Assembly (NCBI RefSeq): GCF_006345805.1
Contig: NC_043025.1
Location: forward strand, 13,578,001-13,642,000
Direction: 5' to 3'
Length of the DNA stretch: 64,000 nt
From: Octopus sinensis
Taxonomy: Eukaryota
Below the pieces are notes generated by a model that searched no databases, was not told where the DNA came from, and saw only the letters and a list, made by a program, of their open reading frames with translations. How positions within the stretch are numbered: the stretch's first letter is position 1; the number at the start of each line of letters is the position of its first letter. A program made the translations under genes and the position numbers. Below, one piece after another: positions 36,155 to 49,388 of this stretch.

Positions 36155-36795
36155 ACATAAAAAGCACCATCCGATCGTGGCTGTTGCCAGCCTCGTCTGG
36201 CACCTGTGCCGGTGGCACATAAAAAGCACCCTCTACACTCTCGGAGTGGTTGGCGTTAGGAAGGGCATCCAGCTGTAGAAACACTGCCAGATCAGACTGG
36301 AGCCTGGTGCAGCCTTCTGGCTTCCCAGACCCCAGTTGAACCGTCCAACCCATGCTAGCATGGAAAACGGACGTTAAACGATGATTATGATGATGATTCA
36401 TGGTACTTTGTCAAATTTCAGCATATAAAACGCACTGTTCATGGCCATTGCTATTGCCGCCTGACTGGCTTTTGTGCCAGTGGAATGTAAAAAGTACCAT
36501 TCAAGCATGGTTGATGCCAGTTCCACCTGACTGGCTCTTGTGTTAGTGGCACATAAAAAAGCCCTCTTTGAGCCTTGTAGATGGTAGTACCACCTGACTG
36601 GCCCCCATGCCAGTGGCATGTAAAAAGCACCCACCACACTCTCGGAGTGGCTGGCGGTAGGAAGGGCATCCAGCTGTAGAAACCTTGCCAGATCAGATTG
36701 GAGCCTGGTGCAGCCTACTGGTATGCCAGACCTCAGTCAAACTGTCCAACCCATGCCAGCATGGAATGTGGACGTTAAACGACGATGATGATGAT
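36155..36795 (+). mobile_element. Two adjacent SINE-like family D copies with (GAT)n tails
   Basis: ...GGAAGGGCATCCAGCTGTAGAAAC...CCAACCCATGC..GCATGG..GACGTTAAACGATGAT twice. Confidence 0.8.
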
Positions 36796-37307
36796 GAATA
36801 CGAGACCATAGCTTTGAGATTTCAAAGATCTGATTGTCTATTTTTAGAATGACATTGTAGGGTAGGTGTGAGATGCTGGATATGGCCAGTTTGAACATCA
36901 AATAGGGATAATATTTGGGCCAGCTATCTTCAGTTTGAATGCTGAAGGGATATATATGTACTACTACTACAATTACCACCACCACCACTACTGCTGCTGC
37001 TACTACTACCACCATCACAACATACCACTACTACTGCTACCACTGAACCCCCCCCCCCACTATCACCTCTATATGACCATCACCACTGATCCATAGTAAA
37101 TTATTTCCTGTCTAATTTCAGATAAGAACCACCAGCCACAACATATCACTACTACCACCACCACTATTGAAACATGCCCTCTCCCACCACCATTATCACT
37201 ATATGACCATCACCCACTGTTCGACAATCAATGATTTCCTGTCTGCGTCTAATTTCAGATAAGAACCACCTCTACAACAACACCACGACCACCACCATTA
37301 CGAAGCA

Positions 37308-37530
37308 ATGTCGACAGACTGCAGTGAACAGGCCATGGGCCCCGGCGACACTGACTTGGACAGGGAGCAACTGGCCGGAGAAACCCACGACCCTCCGGTG
37401 ACCAACTGGACAACAGAAGTAAGACAGAGCTGGGGCAAAAAGCTGGAGTTTGTGTTGGCCTGCATCGGATATTCGGTCGGCCTCGGCAACGTTTGGCGAT
37501 TCCCCTACCTCAGTTACTCCAGTGGCGGAG
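37308..37530 (+). CDS. ine: SLC6/NSS transporter, inebriated-like, coding exon 1 (N-terminus, TM1)
   Basis: MSTDCSEQ...[36 protein letters not shown](G); upstream acceptor TTTCAG at 37258, in-frame TAA at 37260, donor GTAAGT at 37531, phase 1. SLC6 is near certain; ine orthology rests on recalled similarity to Drosophila Ine. Confidence 0.95.
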
Positions 37531-37785
37531 GTAAGTGGCTTTAATTGGTTAATTAGCTCGCTAATTATCTCTTGGTCTGTCTCTCTATCTGTCCCTTGCT
37601 GACTCTCACTTGCTGTATTTTTTTTTGTGTGGTTGTGTGGTAAGAAGCTTGCTTACCAACCACATGGTCCTGGGTTCAATCCCACCACGTGGCACCTTGG
37701 GCAAGCGTCTTCTACTATAGCCCCAGGCCGACCAAAAGTCTTGTGAGTGAACTTGGTAGATGGAAACTGAAAGAAGCCTGTTGTG

Positions 37786-37821
<36 letters not shown>

Positions 37822-37824
<3 letters not shown>

Positions 37825-38020
37825 CTTTACTGCCCACAAGGGGCTAAACATAGAGGGGACAAACAAGGACAGACAAACGGATTAAGTTGATTACATCAAC
37901 CCCAGTGCGTAACCGGTACTTAATTTATTGACCCCGAAAGGATGAAAGGCAAAGTCGACCTCGGCGGAATTTGAACTCAGAATGTAACGACAGACGAAAT
38001 ACCGCTAAGCATTTCGCCCA
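37822..38020 (-). mobile_element. SINE family C
   Basis: Homologous to 29745-29980. Confidence 0.85.
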
Positions 38021-38499
38021 TAGTGTGTGTGTCTGTGTTCGTGCCCCCCATTACCGCTTGGCAACCGGTGTTGGTGTGTTTACATCCCTGTAACTTAGCA
38101 GTTTGGCAAAAGAGAACGATAGAATAAGTATTAGTGCTTTTTACGGGGAACCATCCTTGGTGCTTTTTACGGGGAACCATCCTTGGTGCTTATCACATGG
38201 TACCAGCAGGGTGACTAAGTAAATTGTAAGAGAAAAACCCTTCAGCCGGGTGTAATGAGGCAGGGTGGGCTTGTGCCATTTGAAGAGGGAGATTAGGTAT
38301 ATAGAGGGACGGGTGGGGGGTGGGGGGCAGGTATTCTTTTGTAGAGTAGATACAGGAATTCTCCATTTGCAAAAGAAACAAGGGTGGTTCAGAGGGCAAG
38401 ATAAAGAGAGTGGGTGGGAAAGTCAGATAAGGGAAGTGTCTAAAATCTTCGTTATTTTTTAAAATTAATTGAAACAAAAGCTTTGTCTTTCAACAGAAT

Positions 38500-40030
38500 T
38501 CATCATCATCATCATCATCATCGTTTAACGTCCATTTTTCCATGCTAGCATGGGTTGGACGGTTCAACTGGGGTCTGGGGAGCCTGAAGGCTGCACCAGG
38601 CCAGTCAGATCTGGCAGTGTTTCTACAGCTGGATGCCCTTCCTAACGCCAACCACTCCGTGAGTGTAGTGGGTGCTTTTTATGTGCCACCGACACAGGTG
38701 CCAGACGAGGCTGGTGAACGGCCACGCTCGGATGGTGTTTTTTATGTCCCACCGACACAGGTGCCAGACGAGGCTGGCAGACGGTCACGCTTGGATGGTG
38801 TTTTTTATGTGCCACTGACACAGGTGCCAGACGAGGCTGGCGAACGGCCACGCTCAGATGGTGTTTTTTTATGTGCCACCGACACAGGTGCCAGACAAGG
38901 CTGGCGAACGGCCATGCTCGGATGGTGTTTTTTATGTGCCACCGACACAGGTGCCAGACGAGGCTGGCGAACGGCCACGCTCGGATGGTGTTTTTTTGTG
39001 CCACCTACACAGGTGCCAGACGAGGCTGGCGAACGGTCACACTCGGATGGTGTTTTTTTTATGTGCCACCGACACAGGTGCCAGACGAGGCTGGCGAACG
39101 GCCACGCTCGGATGGTGTTTATTACGTGCCACCTACACAGGTCCCAGACGAGGCTGGCAGACGGCCACGCTCGGATGGTGTTTTTTATGTGCCACCGACA
39201 CAGGTGCCAGACGAGGCTGGTGAACGGCCACGCTCGGATGGTGTTTTCTTATGTGCCACCGACACAGGTGCCAGACGAGGCTGGCGAACGGCCACGCTCA
39301 GATGGTGTATTTTTGTGCCACCGACACAGGTGCCAGACGAGGCTGGCAGACGGCCGCGCTCGGATGGTGTTTTTTATGTGCCACCGACACAGGTGCCAGA
39401 CGAGGCTGGCGAACAGCCACGCTCGGATGGTGTTTTCTTATGTGCCACCGACACAGGTGCCAGACGAGGCTGGCGAACGGCCACGCTCAGATGGTGTATT
39501 TTTGTGCCACCGACACAGGTGCCAGACGAGGCTGGCGAACGGCCATGCTCGGATGGTGTTTTTTATGTGCCACCGACACAGGTGCCAGACGAGGCTGGCG
39601 AACAGCCACGCTCGGATGGTGTTTTCTTATGTGCCACCGACACAGGTGCCAGACGAGGCTGGCGAACGGCCACGCTCGGATGGTGTTTTTTTGTGCCACC
39701 TACACAGGTGCCAGACGAGGCTGGCGAACGGTCACACTCGGATGGTGTTTTTTTTATGTGCCACCGACACAGGTGCCAGACGAGGCTGGCGAACGGCCAC
39801 GCTCGGATGGTGTTTATTACGTGCCACCTACACAGGTCCCAGACGAGGCTGGCAGACGGCCACGCTCGGATGGTGTTTTCTTATGTGCCACCGACACAGG
39901 TGCCAGACGAGGCTGGTGAACGGCCACGCTCGGATGGTGTTTTCTTAGGTGCCAGACGAGGCTGGCGAACGGCCACGCTCAGATGGTGTATTTTTGTGCC
40001 ACCGACACAGGTGCCAGACAAGGCTGGCGA
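38500..40030 (-). mobile_element. Family D element whose internal 63-bp module is amplified about 22 times
   Basis: (CAT)n tail at 38501, body to 38680, then units TTTTATGTGCCACCGACACAGGTGCCAGACGAGGCTGGCGAACGGCCACGCTCGGATGGTG. Confidence 0.93.
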
Positions 40031-40582
40031 ATATATATACATATACACACCTTTTTACCATAAGAGAGAATTTTTCTCTGTGGTAACCGCAGTGAACTTG
40101 CATTGTAGTAGTTTGAAATATGTTACAAACATACTTTAACTAACCTAAACTTTACAACAAAAGGCTTCAGAGTTAAATATACACACTTCAGACTACGAGA
40201 CTTTAGTCGGACGGTGCCGAAGGACGTGTTAGGCAGTCTGGTACCAAAATAGTCAAACTGCTTCGTCAGCAGTTTGTTATCGGTCGTTAAGTTAACGTTA
40301 TGTGGTTTATTTTTCAAGAACTTTTGATGGAGCAGTTTTATTGTTTTTATCAGATAATGTTGAGGATATTTTTAAAAGATAAACTTGTTTATCATGAATG
40401 TTGATTTTTGCTGTAGTTTTGTTGGCCGTACGGGAAGAGAATGGGGGAATAAGAATAAGAAAATTGCTAAATGGCTTGGCTGCATGCCTAAGAAACCTGT
40501 TTGGCAACCAACTGGTTGCGGGTTCAGTCCCACTGTGTGGCACCTTGGGCAAGTGTTTTTTTTTTTTGTTTTTTTTTACTAT

Positions 40583-40765
40583 AGGCGCAGGAGTGGCTGT
40601 GTGGTAAGTAGCTTGCTTACCAACCGCATGGTTCCGGGTTCAGTCCCACTACGTGGCATCTTGGACAAGTGTCTTCTGCTATAACCCCGGGCCAACCAAT
40701 GCCTTGTGAGTGGATTTGGTAAACAGAAACTGAAAGAAGCCTGTCGTATATATGTATATGTGTAT

Positions 40766-40796
<31 letters not shown>

Positions 40797-41010
40797 GTGT
40801 GTATGTGTTTGCGTGTCTGTGTTTGTCCCCCAGCATTGCTTGACAACTGATGCTGGTGTGTTGAGGTCCCCGTAACTTAGCAGTTCGACAATAGAGACTG
40901 ATAGAATAAGTACTAGGCTTTCAAAGAATAAGTCCTGGGGTTGATTTGCTCAACTAAATGTGGTGCTCCAGCATGGCCACAGTCACATAACTGAAACAAG
41001 TAAAAGAGCA
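40583..41010 (+). mobile_element. SINE family A, full length (extra head fragment at 40470-40560)
   Basis: Head, microsatellite and tail. Confidence 0.9.
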
Positions 41011-41089
41011 TATATGCCCATAAAAACCACATCACTGTATTTAGATTCAACGTTATGGTAAGCTTTCACAATCTTGAAGAGAAGGACAG

Positions 41090-41732
41090 TGCGCAACTGT
41101 TAGCTCCAGGTGTTGACTACCTACTGAACATTTCGTAGGCTTAATCAGATGCTTCTTGGCAAGTTCATGTCCAGACATGAGGGCACAGGTTTTGCATTGT
41201 GAAAACGCAACCAGGGGTATATATGGGTTAATGTTTAAGAATGGAATTAATGGCAATAGTAGAAGACACTTGCCCAAGGTGCCACGCAGTGGGACTGAAC
41301 CCGGAACCATGTGGTTGGTTAGCAAGCTACTTACCACACAGCCACTCCTGCGCCATTAATTCCATTCTGAATAGACTAATAAAAGCACACATGCACACGT
41401 GTGCATGCACATACTCTCTTTTACTTGTTTCAGTCATTTGACTGCGGCCATGCTGGAGCACCGCCTTTAATCGAGCAACTCGACCCCAGGACTTATTCTT
41501 TTGTAAGCCCAGTACTTATTCATTCGGTCTCTTTTGCCGAACCGCTAAGTAACGGAAGAGAAGAAAAGTGCGCACCTGTCAGCTCCAGGTGTTGACTACC
41601 TACTGAACATTTTGTAGGCTTAATCAGATGCTTTCTGGCAAGTTCATGTCCAGACATGTGGGCACAGGTTTTGCTTTGTGAAAACGCAACCAGGGGTATA
41701 TATGGGTTAATGTTTAAGAATGGAATTAATGG
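41090..41732. repeat. Direct duplication of about 165 bp (41090-41252, 41567-41732) flanking SINE-A halves in swapped order
   Basis: AGCTCCAGGTGTTGACTACCTACTGAAC...GAATGGAATTAATGGC twice. Confidence 0.85.
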
Positions 41733-41860
41733 CCTTCGTGTGTTTCTGGATATAACAAACTCCCACCTTTCACACTGTTTTAGTTTCAATACACGGTCTT
41801 AATTCACATTGTTTACCATGCAGCTACTCCATAATGTGTTTGTAAAATGTAAAGGTAAAG

Positions 41861-42730
41861 ATGCATGACTCCATGGTTAGAGCACCGGGCTCACATTCAT
41901 GAGGTAGTCAGTTCGATTCTTGGACTGGGCTGTGTGTTGTGTCCTTGAGCAAGACACTTTATTTCACGATGCTCCAGTTCGCTTAACTGTAGAAATGAGT
42001 TGCGAATTCACAGGTGCCAAGCTGTATCGGCCCCTTTGCCTTTCCCTTGGATAACACTGGTGGCGTGGAGAGGGGAGGCTGGTACGCATGGCTGATTGCT
42101 GGTCTTCCATCACAACCTTGTATGGATTTGTGCCTCGGAGGGTAACTTTCTACGTGCAATCCTATGGTCAGTCATGACCGAAGGGGATCCTTACCCTTTA
42201 TATCATACATGTATATATATACATGTGAAGGTGCATGGCTCAATGGTTAGAGCATCAGGCTTACAATCATGAGGTAGTCAGTTCGAATCCCGGACCGGGC
42301 TGCGTGTTGTGTTCTTGAGCAAGGCACTTTATTTCACGTTGCTCCAGTTAACTCAGCTGTAAAAATGAGTTGCGACTTTACTGGTGCCAAGCTGTATTGG
42401 CCCCTTTGCCTTTCCTTTGGATAACATCAGTGGCATGGAGAGAGGAGGCTGGTATGCATGGCTGACTGCTGGTCTTCCCTAATAACAACCTTGCCTGGAC
42501 TTGTGCGTCAGAGGGGAACTTTCTAGGTACAATTCCATGGTCATTGATGACTGAAAGGGGTCTTTACCCTATGAACATATAATGCTAAGGAGATGGGAGG
42601 CTGGTATGCATGGGTGACCGGTGGTCTTCCATAAACAACCTTGCCTAGATGTGTGCCTTGGAGGGGAACTTTCTGGGTGCAATCTCATGGTCACCATTAT
42701 CATCATCATCATTATGACCAAAGGGGGTAT
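41861..42730 (+). mobile_element. SINE family B (tRNA head, CORE-like middle): two full copies plus a 3' fragment
   Basis: TGGTTAGAGC..AGTTCGAATCC head, GTTCTTGAGCAAGRCACTT middle; copies at 41861-42200 and 42229-42570. Confidence 0.82.
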
Positions 42731-43386
42731 TTATTTATATATATATATATATATATACACACAGAGGGGTTGAGAAAGGACCAAGATATCTGGTGCCTTG
42801 CTGATGCTCTGCTGTCCTTCTTGATCAAGAGAATTGGCCTTGCAAGGGCTCTTGTGTTGTGGTGCCACGTAAAAACCACTTGTGCCTGTACTGACGCAAT
42901 AAAAGCGTTCGCGCCAGAACGGCCAGTGAAATAAATTCCCTACCCCCCCCCCCTGCCCGTCACCCTCCGCCCACACCTGTCGATGACTCAGCGTTATTTT
43001 TCAATGCCCAAACCTCTTGACCTCCTCCACCTCCTCCTCCTTGCTCCTTTCAGCACTTCTTTTTCCTTTCTCTCTCTCTGTCTCCACATGACTCCCACCA
43101 TCACCATCACCCTCACCACTATTCTGTTGGGAATTTTCTCAGGAACTCAGTGAATCCCCCCTCCACCCCTTCCACGTGCCGTTCTCTGGTTTTATTGTTT
43201 GTTCAGGCATTTGAAGTGTTCTCTTAACTGCTTTTTCCTTAGCGGTTCTGAGATGGGTATGTACACACACCACACACACACACACACACGCACATACACA
43301 AATATATATAGAGATTTATATTCACACATGTGTAGAGATATACACCCACAATCATATATATATATATATATACCCACATACATATT

Positions 43387-43605
43387 ACTCTTTACTTGTT
43401 TCAGTCATTTGACTGCGGCCATGCTGGAGCACCACCTTTAGCCGAGTAAATCGACCCCGGAACTTATTCTTTGTAAGCCCAGTACTTATTCTATCGGTCT
43501 CTTTTGCCAAACCGCTAAGTGACGGGGACATAAACACACCAGCATCGGTTGTCAAGCAATGCTAGGGGGACAAACACAGACACACAAACACACACACACA
43601 CATAC

Positions 43606-43641
<36 letters not shown>

Positions 43642-43795
43642 GACAGGCTTCTTTCAGTTTCCGTCTACGAAATCCACTCACAAGGCTTTGGTTGGCCCGG
43701 GGCTATAGTAGGAGACACTTGCCCAAGATGCCACGCAGTGGCACTTAACCCAGAATTATGTGGTTGGTTAGCAAGCTACTTACCACACAGCTACA
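43387..43795 (-). mobile_element. SINE family A, full length
   Basis: Reverse complement of head-microsatellite-tail. Confidence 0.9.
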
Positions 43796-44711
43796 CATAC
43801 ACGCAAATATATATTCACACACTAGTACACATGTATAGATGTACACACACATACACATGTATATAGATTATATGCAAGTATAGATATACACCGATATATA
43901 TATGCACACACACATACAGGTACATATAGATATATGCACATACGTATAGATGTATACATACATGTACACAGACATATAGATGTGCACATATGCAATTGTA
44001 TAGATATACACACATACATATATCAATATATGCACACACACATACACGCAAATATATATTCACACACACACACTAGTACACATATGTATAGATGTACACA
44101 CACATACATATGTATATAGATTATATGCAACTATAGATATACACACATATATCGATATATATACACACACGTGCACGTATGTATAGATGTATACACACAT
44201 ACACATGCATAGATATATATACACACGCACACACATACATGCATTGATATACACATACATATATCGATACACTCACACATTATCATTGTCGTTTAACTTC
44301 TATTTTTCATGCTCCAGCATGGCCACAGTCAAATGACTGAAACAAGTAAAAGAGTATATGTGTTATTTTTTCCCTTACAAAATACTTTTTTCTAAATTTT
44401 AAACCCCCAAAATTAGGGGCTTCATTCTACACATTAGAATAAGATAATTTATTTTTTATTAAACATAAATAGTCCAGGAACCTTTTTGATACCACCTTGT
44501 ACCCATTCTTGCATTTAATACAATACGCTAGGACCAACGTATTACTGCGCAGGGGGACTATTTCCAAGGAGATGATGTCAAAACTAGGTAAATACCGTAT
44601 TTTAATGTGTATAAGGAACCCTTTTTTGTCAAAAATTAGGTTTAAAAAAAATGGGCATTTTTATACATGGATAGTATTATAATCCCTTGGAACGTACCAG
44701 TTAAGAAATAC

Positions 44712-44940
44712 CTATTTCTTTATTACCCACAAGGGGCTAAACATAGATGGGACAAACATGGACAGACATAGGTATTAAGTCGATTAGATCGACCCCAGTG
44801 CGTAACTGGTACTTAATTTATCGACCCCGAAAGGATGAAAGGCAAAGTCGACCTCGGCGGAATTTGAACTCAGAACGTAACGGCAGACGAAATACTGCTA
44901 AGCATTTCGCCCGGCGTGCTAACGATTCTGCCAGCTTACC
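44712..44940 (-). mobile_element. SINE family C, near full length
   Basis: Homologous to 29745 and 37822. Confidence 0.87.
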
Positions 44941-45068
44941 TGATTTCAACTCTATACTTCAAGATAAAAATTCGCACATACATCACCTTGTGCAGCAGAT
45001 TCCTCATACAATGGTGTAATGGTGCACCTGTACTGCAAGGTTCTATGGTGTATATAAACACACACATG

Positions 45069-45119
<51 letters not shown>

Positions 45120-45809
45120 ACACACTTGGCAGTTATCTGCTCCTTGCAGAACCTAACTTTTTGTATCTTTAATTGCTCCTGACTGGTACAATGTTTAAGT
45201 ACCACTTCAATCCTCCATGTGACGGTGGGGGTGTGGGGGTGGGGGCCTTTTTTTTTTTTGACCGATATTGCATTGAAACCTGGTCATCCGGAATGAAATT
45301 CCAGCTATTCACTTATGCCTTACTCACCTCATTAAATGAAATAAAAGGTGTGTGTATATATATATGTGTATATATATATGTATTTGTATGTATATGTATG
45401 TATATATGTATATGTATATATATATGTATATATATATGTATGTGTATATATATATAAGTATATATATATATGTATGTATATATACATTTATAATACATAT
45501 ATGTATGTGTATATGTATGTATGTGTGTATGTATGTATATATATGCATATATGTGTCTATACACACACAGTAATCCCGTGCCATATTGCAGTTCACCTAT
45601 TACTGTTTATTATTGAAGCTTACATTGATTCATCTTTGGTGGTGTTTTGTATTACAAACGACATGGTTCCGGGTTCAGTCCCACTGTGTGGCATCTTCGG
45701 CAAGTGTCTTCTACTATAGCCTCAGGTCGACCAAAGTCTTGTGAGCAGATTTGGTAGACGAAAACTGAAAGAAGCCTATCGTATATATGTATGTGTGTGT
45801 ATTATATAT

Positions 45810-46030
45810 ATCATCATCATTAATGTCTGTTTTCCACGCTAGCATGGTTCAACCGGGGTCTGGGAAGCCAGGGACTGCATCAGGCTCCAGTCTGATCTGG
45901 CAGTGTTTCTACAGCTGGATGCCCTTCCTAACGCCACCACTCCGCGAGTGTAGTGGGTGCTTTTTACGTGCCACCAGCACGGAAGCCAGCCAAGGCGGTG
46001 CTGGCATGGCCACTTTCGGATGGTGCTATT
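45810..46030 (-). mobile_element. SINE-like family D copy with a single internal module
   Basis: CATCATCAT..GCTAGCATGG..GGATGCCCTTCCTAACGCCA..TTTTACGTGCCACC. Confidence 0.78.
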
Positions 46031-46064
<34 letters not shown>

Positions 46065-46281
46065 ACAAAGTGTCAGTACGCCACTATATACATATATATA
46101 TATATATATATAAAATACAAAATGGGACAAGAACGCAAAACATTTGGACAACTACATGATACAAAAAGGGACAACAAAACATCCAGATCGACGATACAAA
46201 AAAATAAGGATGTGTCTTTGAAAGCCTTTTATCCTTAGTGAAGAACTGGATCATCCTCGCAATTTTGGCTGTTATATATAT

Positions 46282-46500
46282 ATATATATATATATCTCTT
46301 ATTATAAAAGGCAGATTTTATCTGCCTCCCTTTGGGAGTTATACAAATCTACAATATAGGATTTCTTCAATTACAATTTACCTAGCATTTTTGAGAGTAC
46401 AATGCATCGCGTCATGCCAGGTCCAGTTTTTAAAATTTAAACACCAATTAAGCAAAATTTACAGAAAACTCACATTCTGGTGTGTGTGTCAAATGCTTTT
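46282..46500 (-). mobile_element. Second Helitron-type family end; sister copy at 48125-48335
   Basis: About 210 bp shared, starting TCTTATTATAAAAGGCAGATTTTATCTGCCTCCC. Confidence 0.55.
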
Positions 46501-46746
46501 CTTAGTCTGGTTTACACCACACGCAAACGCACACACACAGTGGGCAACGAATAAAATGAAAGTAAATAGCGACAGAGTGATTTGAGGAAGACTAAAGTGA
46601 AAGTATTCTGTCTATGACGCTGATAGATACATGAGTAAAATGTATGGGGAGCTAAGAGTGAGTGAAAATGTTCTTGGAAGAGAGTAATTAGTAATAAAGT
46701 AAACATACACTCATACATACATACATACACTCATACATACATACAT

Positions 46747-46783
<37 letters not shown>

Positions 46784-47025
46784 TACACACACACATACAT
46801 ACACACACACATACATACATACACACATACATACATACATACATATACATACATACATACATACATATACATACATACATACATATACATACACACACAC
46901 ACACATACACACACACAGTATTGAAGCTTGAGAACAATCAGATACATTTGCAACACATCTGTTGAAAATATTATTGTTCACACACATACATATACATATA
47001 TACATACAGACAGACAGACAGATAG

Positions 47026-47056
<31 letters not shown>

Positions 47057-47099
47057 ATCCAGCATGGCCACAACCTCAAGGCTGAAACATATAAAAGAA

Positions 47100-47462
47100 T
47101 AACAGAATATAATGTGTGCAAAGTACAAGAAATATTAATGCAGTATATGGGGATTGGACAATAAGCGTAAGGCAGTGTCAATGGTGGTTCCAGAAATCCC
47201 GAGCCATAAACTACAGCCTAGAAGACGAGCCTCATCCTGAAAGATCTGTAGAACTCGACAAGGACATCCTGAAAACCCTGGTGGAACAAAATCTCATCGT
47301 AACTGTTGAGGAACTAGCAGAGAAGCTTGGATTTGGTCATTCAACCATTCATTGAGACCTGTGTGCTATCGGAAAAGTCAGCAAATTGGGTCAATGGGTT
47401 CCTCACGAACTTTCCGAGTCTAATTGCATGCTGAGAGTGAATGTATGCTTTTCTTTGCTGTC
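47100..47462 (+). pseudogene. mariner transposase N-terminal fragment (HTH region), disrupted
   Basis: TRNINAVYGD..ISVRQCQWWFQK..YSLEDEP..VELDKDILKTLVEQN..TVEELAEKLG..STIH*DLCAIGKVSKLGQWVPHEL; WVPHEL is a mariner signature. Confidence 0.92.
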
Positions 47463-47489
47463 ACATCTCACCACTACTGCGCTATGTAT

Positions 47490-48125
47490 ATCTATATATA
47501 TAAAACTGTAGTTGTGTGAGTGTCTGTCCCCTTCGATTTAGATTCCTAACTACTCCCACATTTTGCGGTACAGTTTAACCAAATTCGGGTAGCTTATAGT
47601 CGTGATTCATATCGAGCCCGTCTGAATATTAGCGCGCGTCTACGATGAGTCTACGATTTTAAAAATAATTTAACATCATTTTTTATTCCATTTTAATGCA
47701 TAATTTTTCGTGTGTCGATGGCGGCGGAGTTGGCGTCCACGCTCACACCTGCACCTGTGCGGAAGGGAGTGTAAGGAAATCAACGTCGTAATGCGTTGTC
47801 AAGGAGACCAGTGTTCTTTTAGAACGACTTCATGGCTTGAAGACACCAAAACAGAAATGGCCAAGAAAGCGTCTACATGAGTCTACGATTGAAAAAAAAA
47901 TTTACCATCGTTTTTTTTCCATTTTAATGCATTTTTTCGCTATTATATAAGGGAAGTAACTCTCTAAAAATGTCTACGATGAGTCAACGATTTAAAAAAA
48001 AATTTACCATCATATTTTTTCCATTTTTAATGCATTTTTTGCTATTTTTTGGCTATAACTCTCTAAAAATGCTTATATAGTTATTTCCCTTACAAACCCG
48101 AGCAACGCCGGGCGATACTGCTAGT
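47490..48125 (-). mobile_element. Helitron-type element with an extra GC-rich segment of about 165 bp
   Basis: Family termini at both ends; unique block 47705-47870 between partially duplicated internal blocks. Confidence 0.68.
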
Positions 48126-49059
48126 CTTATTATAAAAGGCAGATTTTATCTGCCTCCCTTTGTCAGTTATAGAAATCTACAATATAGGATTTCTTCAATT
48201 ACAATTTAGCTAGCATTTTTAAGAGTAGAATGCATCGGGTCATGCCAGGTCCAGTTTTTAAAATTTCAACCCCAATTAAGCAAAATTTACAGAAAACTCA
48301 CATTGTGGTGTATGAGTCAAATGCTTCTCTTAATGTGGGCTACAGCACTCGCACACACACACACACAAAAAGGGAGCGATCTCATTCACTCACGCTATCA
48401 CTCATTTCTGCGACTTTGTCTTTGCAAGTTTGCAGCGATTAAAGTGAAACTAATTCGATAAAACGAGAGAAGTGTACCTTAAACCACTACTAAAAATAAA
48501 AAAAAAGCAAACAGAAACAAATAAATACATAACGATTTACTCCTCACACAATTTCTTCAATTAGAGTGTACCCATGATTTTTCAGAGTACTTCCAGTGGG
48601 TGATGCCATAAAAAATTTCTTTCAATTTTACCACCAATTAAGACAAAATTCGAGAAAACTCAATATTTTAATATTTCACTCCGAAAGCATTGATGTACAT
48701 GTGTGCGTGCGTGAGTGTGTGTGTGTCATTCCTCACACACACGCATACACATACATATATGAGAGTGGCAAACACAAACGTTTCAAACAACTACATACAA
48801 ACACGTGTGTGTTTGTTATTAGTAAAAAAGGCGCCAAAACACAACTCACTTATCATTCCAACACATTTGCAAAGACACACGGACGGTGGAATTGCTATAA
48901 CAATACAGAAAAGGTAAATTGGTTTTTATTTTACTCTGTATATATTTTATTATATAATATTATATATAGATATATGTATATATAATTGCAGTATGAAACA
49001 GTGTTTATGTATAAACAGACGACACTTATATATAGTTATTAATAAATGTATGCATCCGT

Positions 49060-49385
49060 TTAACCCTTTCGTTACCAAACCACCCAAATTTACCTATTCA
49101 TATTTAAATGAGAATATCAGAGTAAATCTCTTTAGTACATTCGTGAAAACCCGTATTATACTTTGTAAACACTTCAACTACAGTTTTGTACAAAAATCGA
49201 AGTGTAATTTTAATTCCGTGAATTATGGGAGATTTTTTTCCGAAATTTGTTCCTATTGTGTTTTCAAAATTTGTAATTCTGACAAAAAATGGATACGAAT
49301 TTCATTATATCAAGCAGCGAGTCAGAATTCGAAGGATTTTCTACTGAAGACCTTCATAAATCTAACTCTATGACTGAAAAAAAAA
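49060..49385 (+). mobile_element. piggyBac left end with start of transposase
   Basis: TTAA-CCCTTTCGTTACC (same TIR as the MITEs) and MDTNFIISSSESEFEGFSTEDL, an acidic piggyBac-like N-terminus; cut off by the next element. Confidence 0.65.
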
Positions 49386-49388
49386 AGC

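Noticed and set aside
38542-40139. 468-aa and 422-aa ORFs (likewise 50481-51589, 51768-54004 and 31494-33257)
   Set aside because: Tandem arrays of SINE or LINE pieces read through in several frames on both strands
40255-40285. CTGACGA on the minus strand as a hammerhead core
   Set aside because: Embedded in its own hairpin (AAACTGCT/AGCAGTTT); no GAAA or stem I in register
42900-43010. TGACTCA, CACCTG and CCGCCC motifs as an intronic enhancer
   Set aside because: Short motifs expected by chance; no independent support
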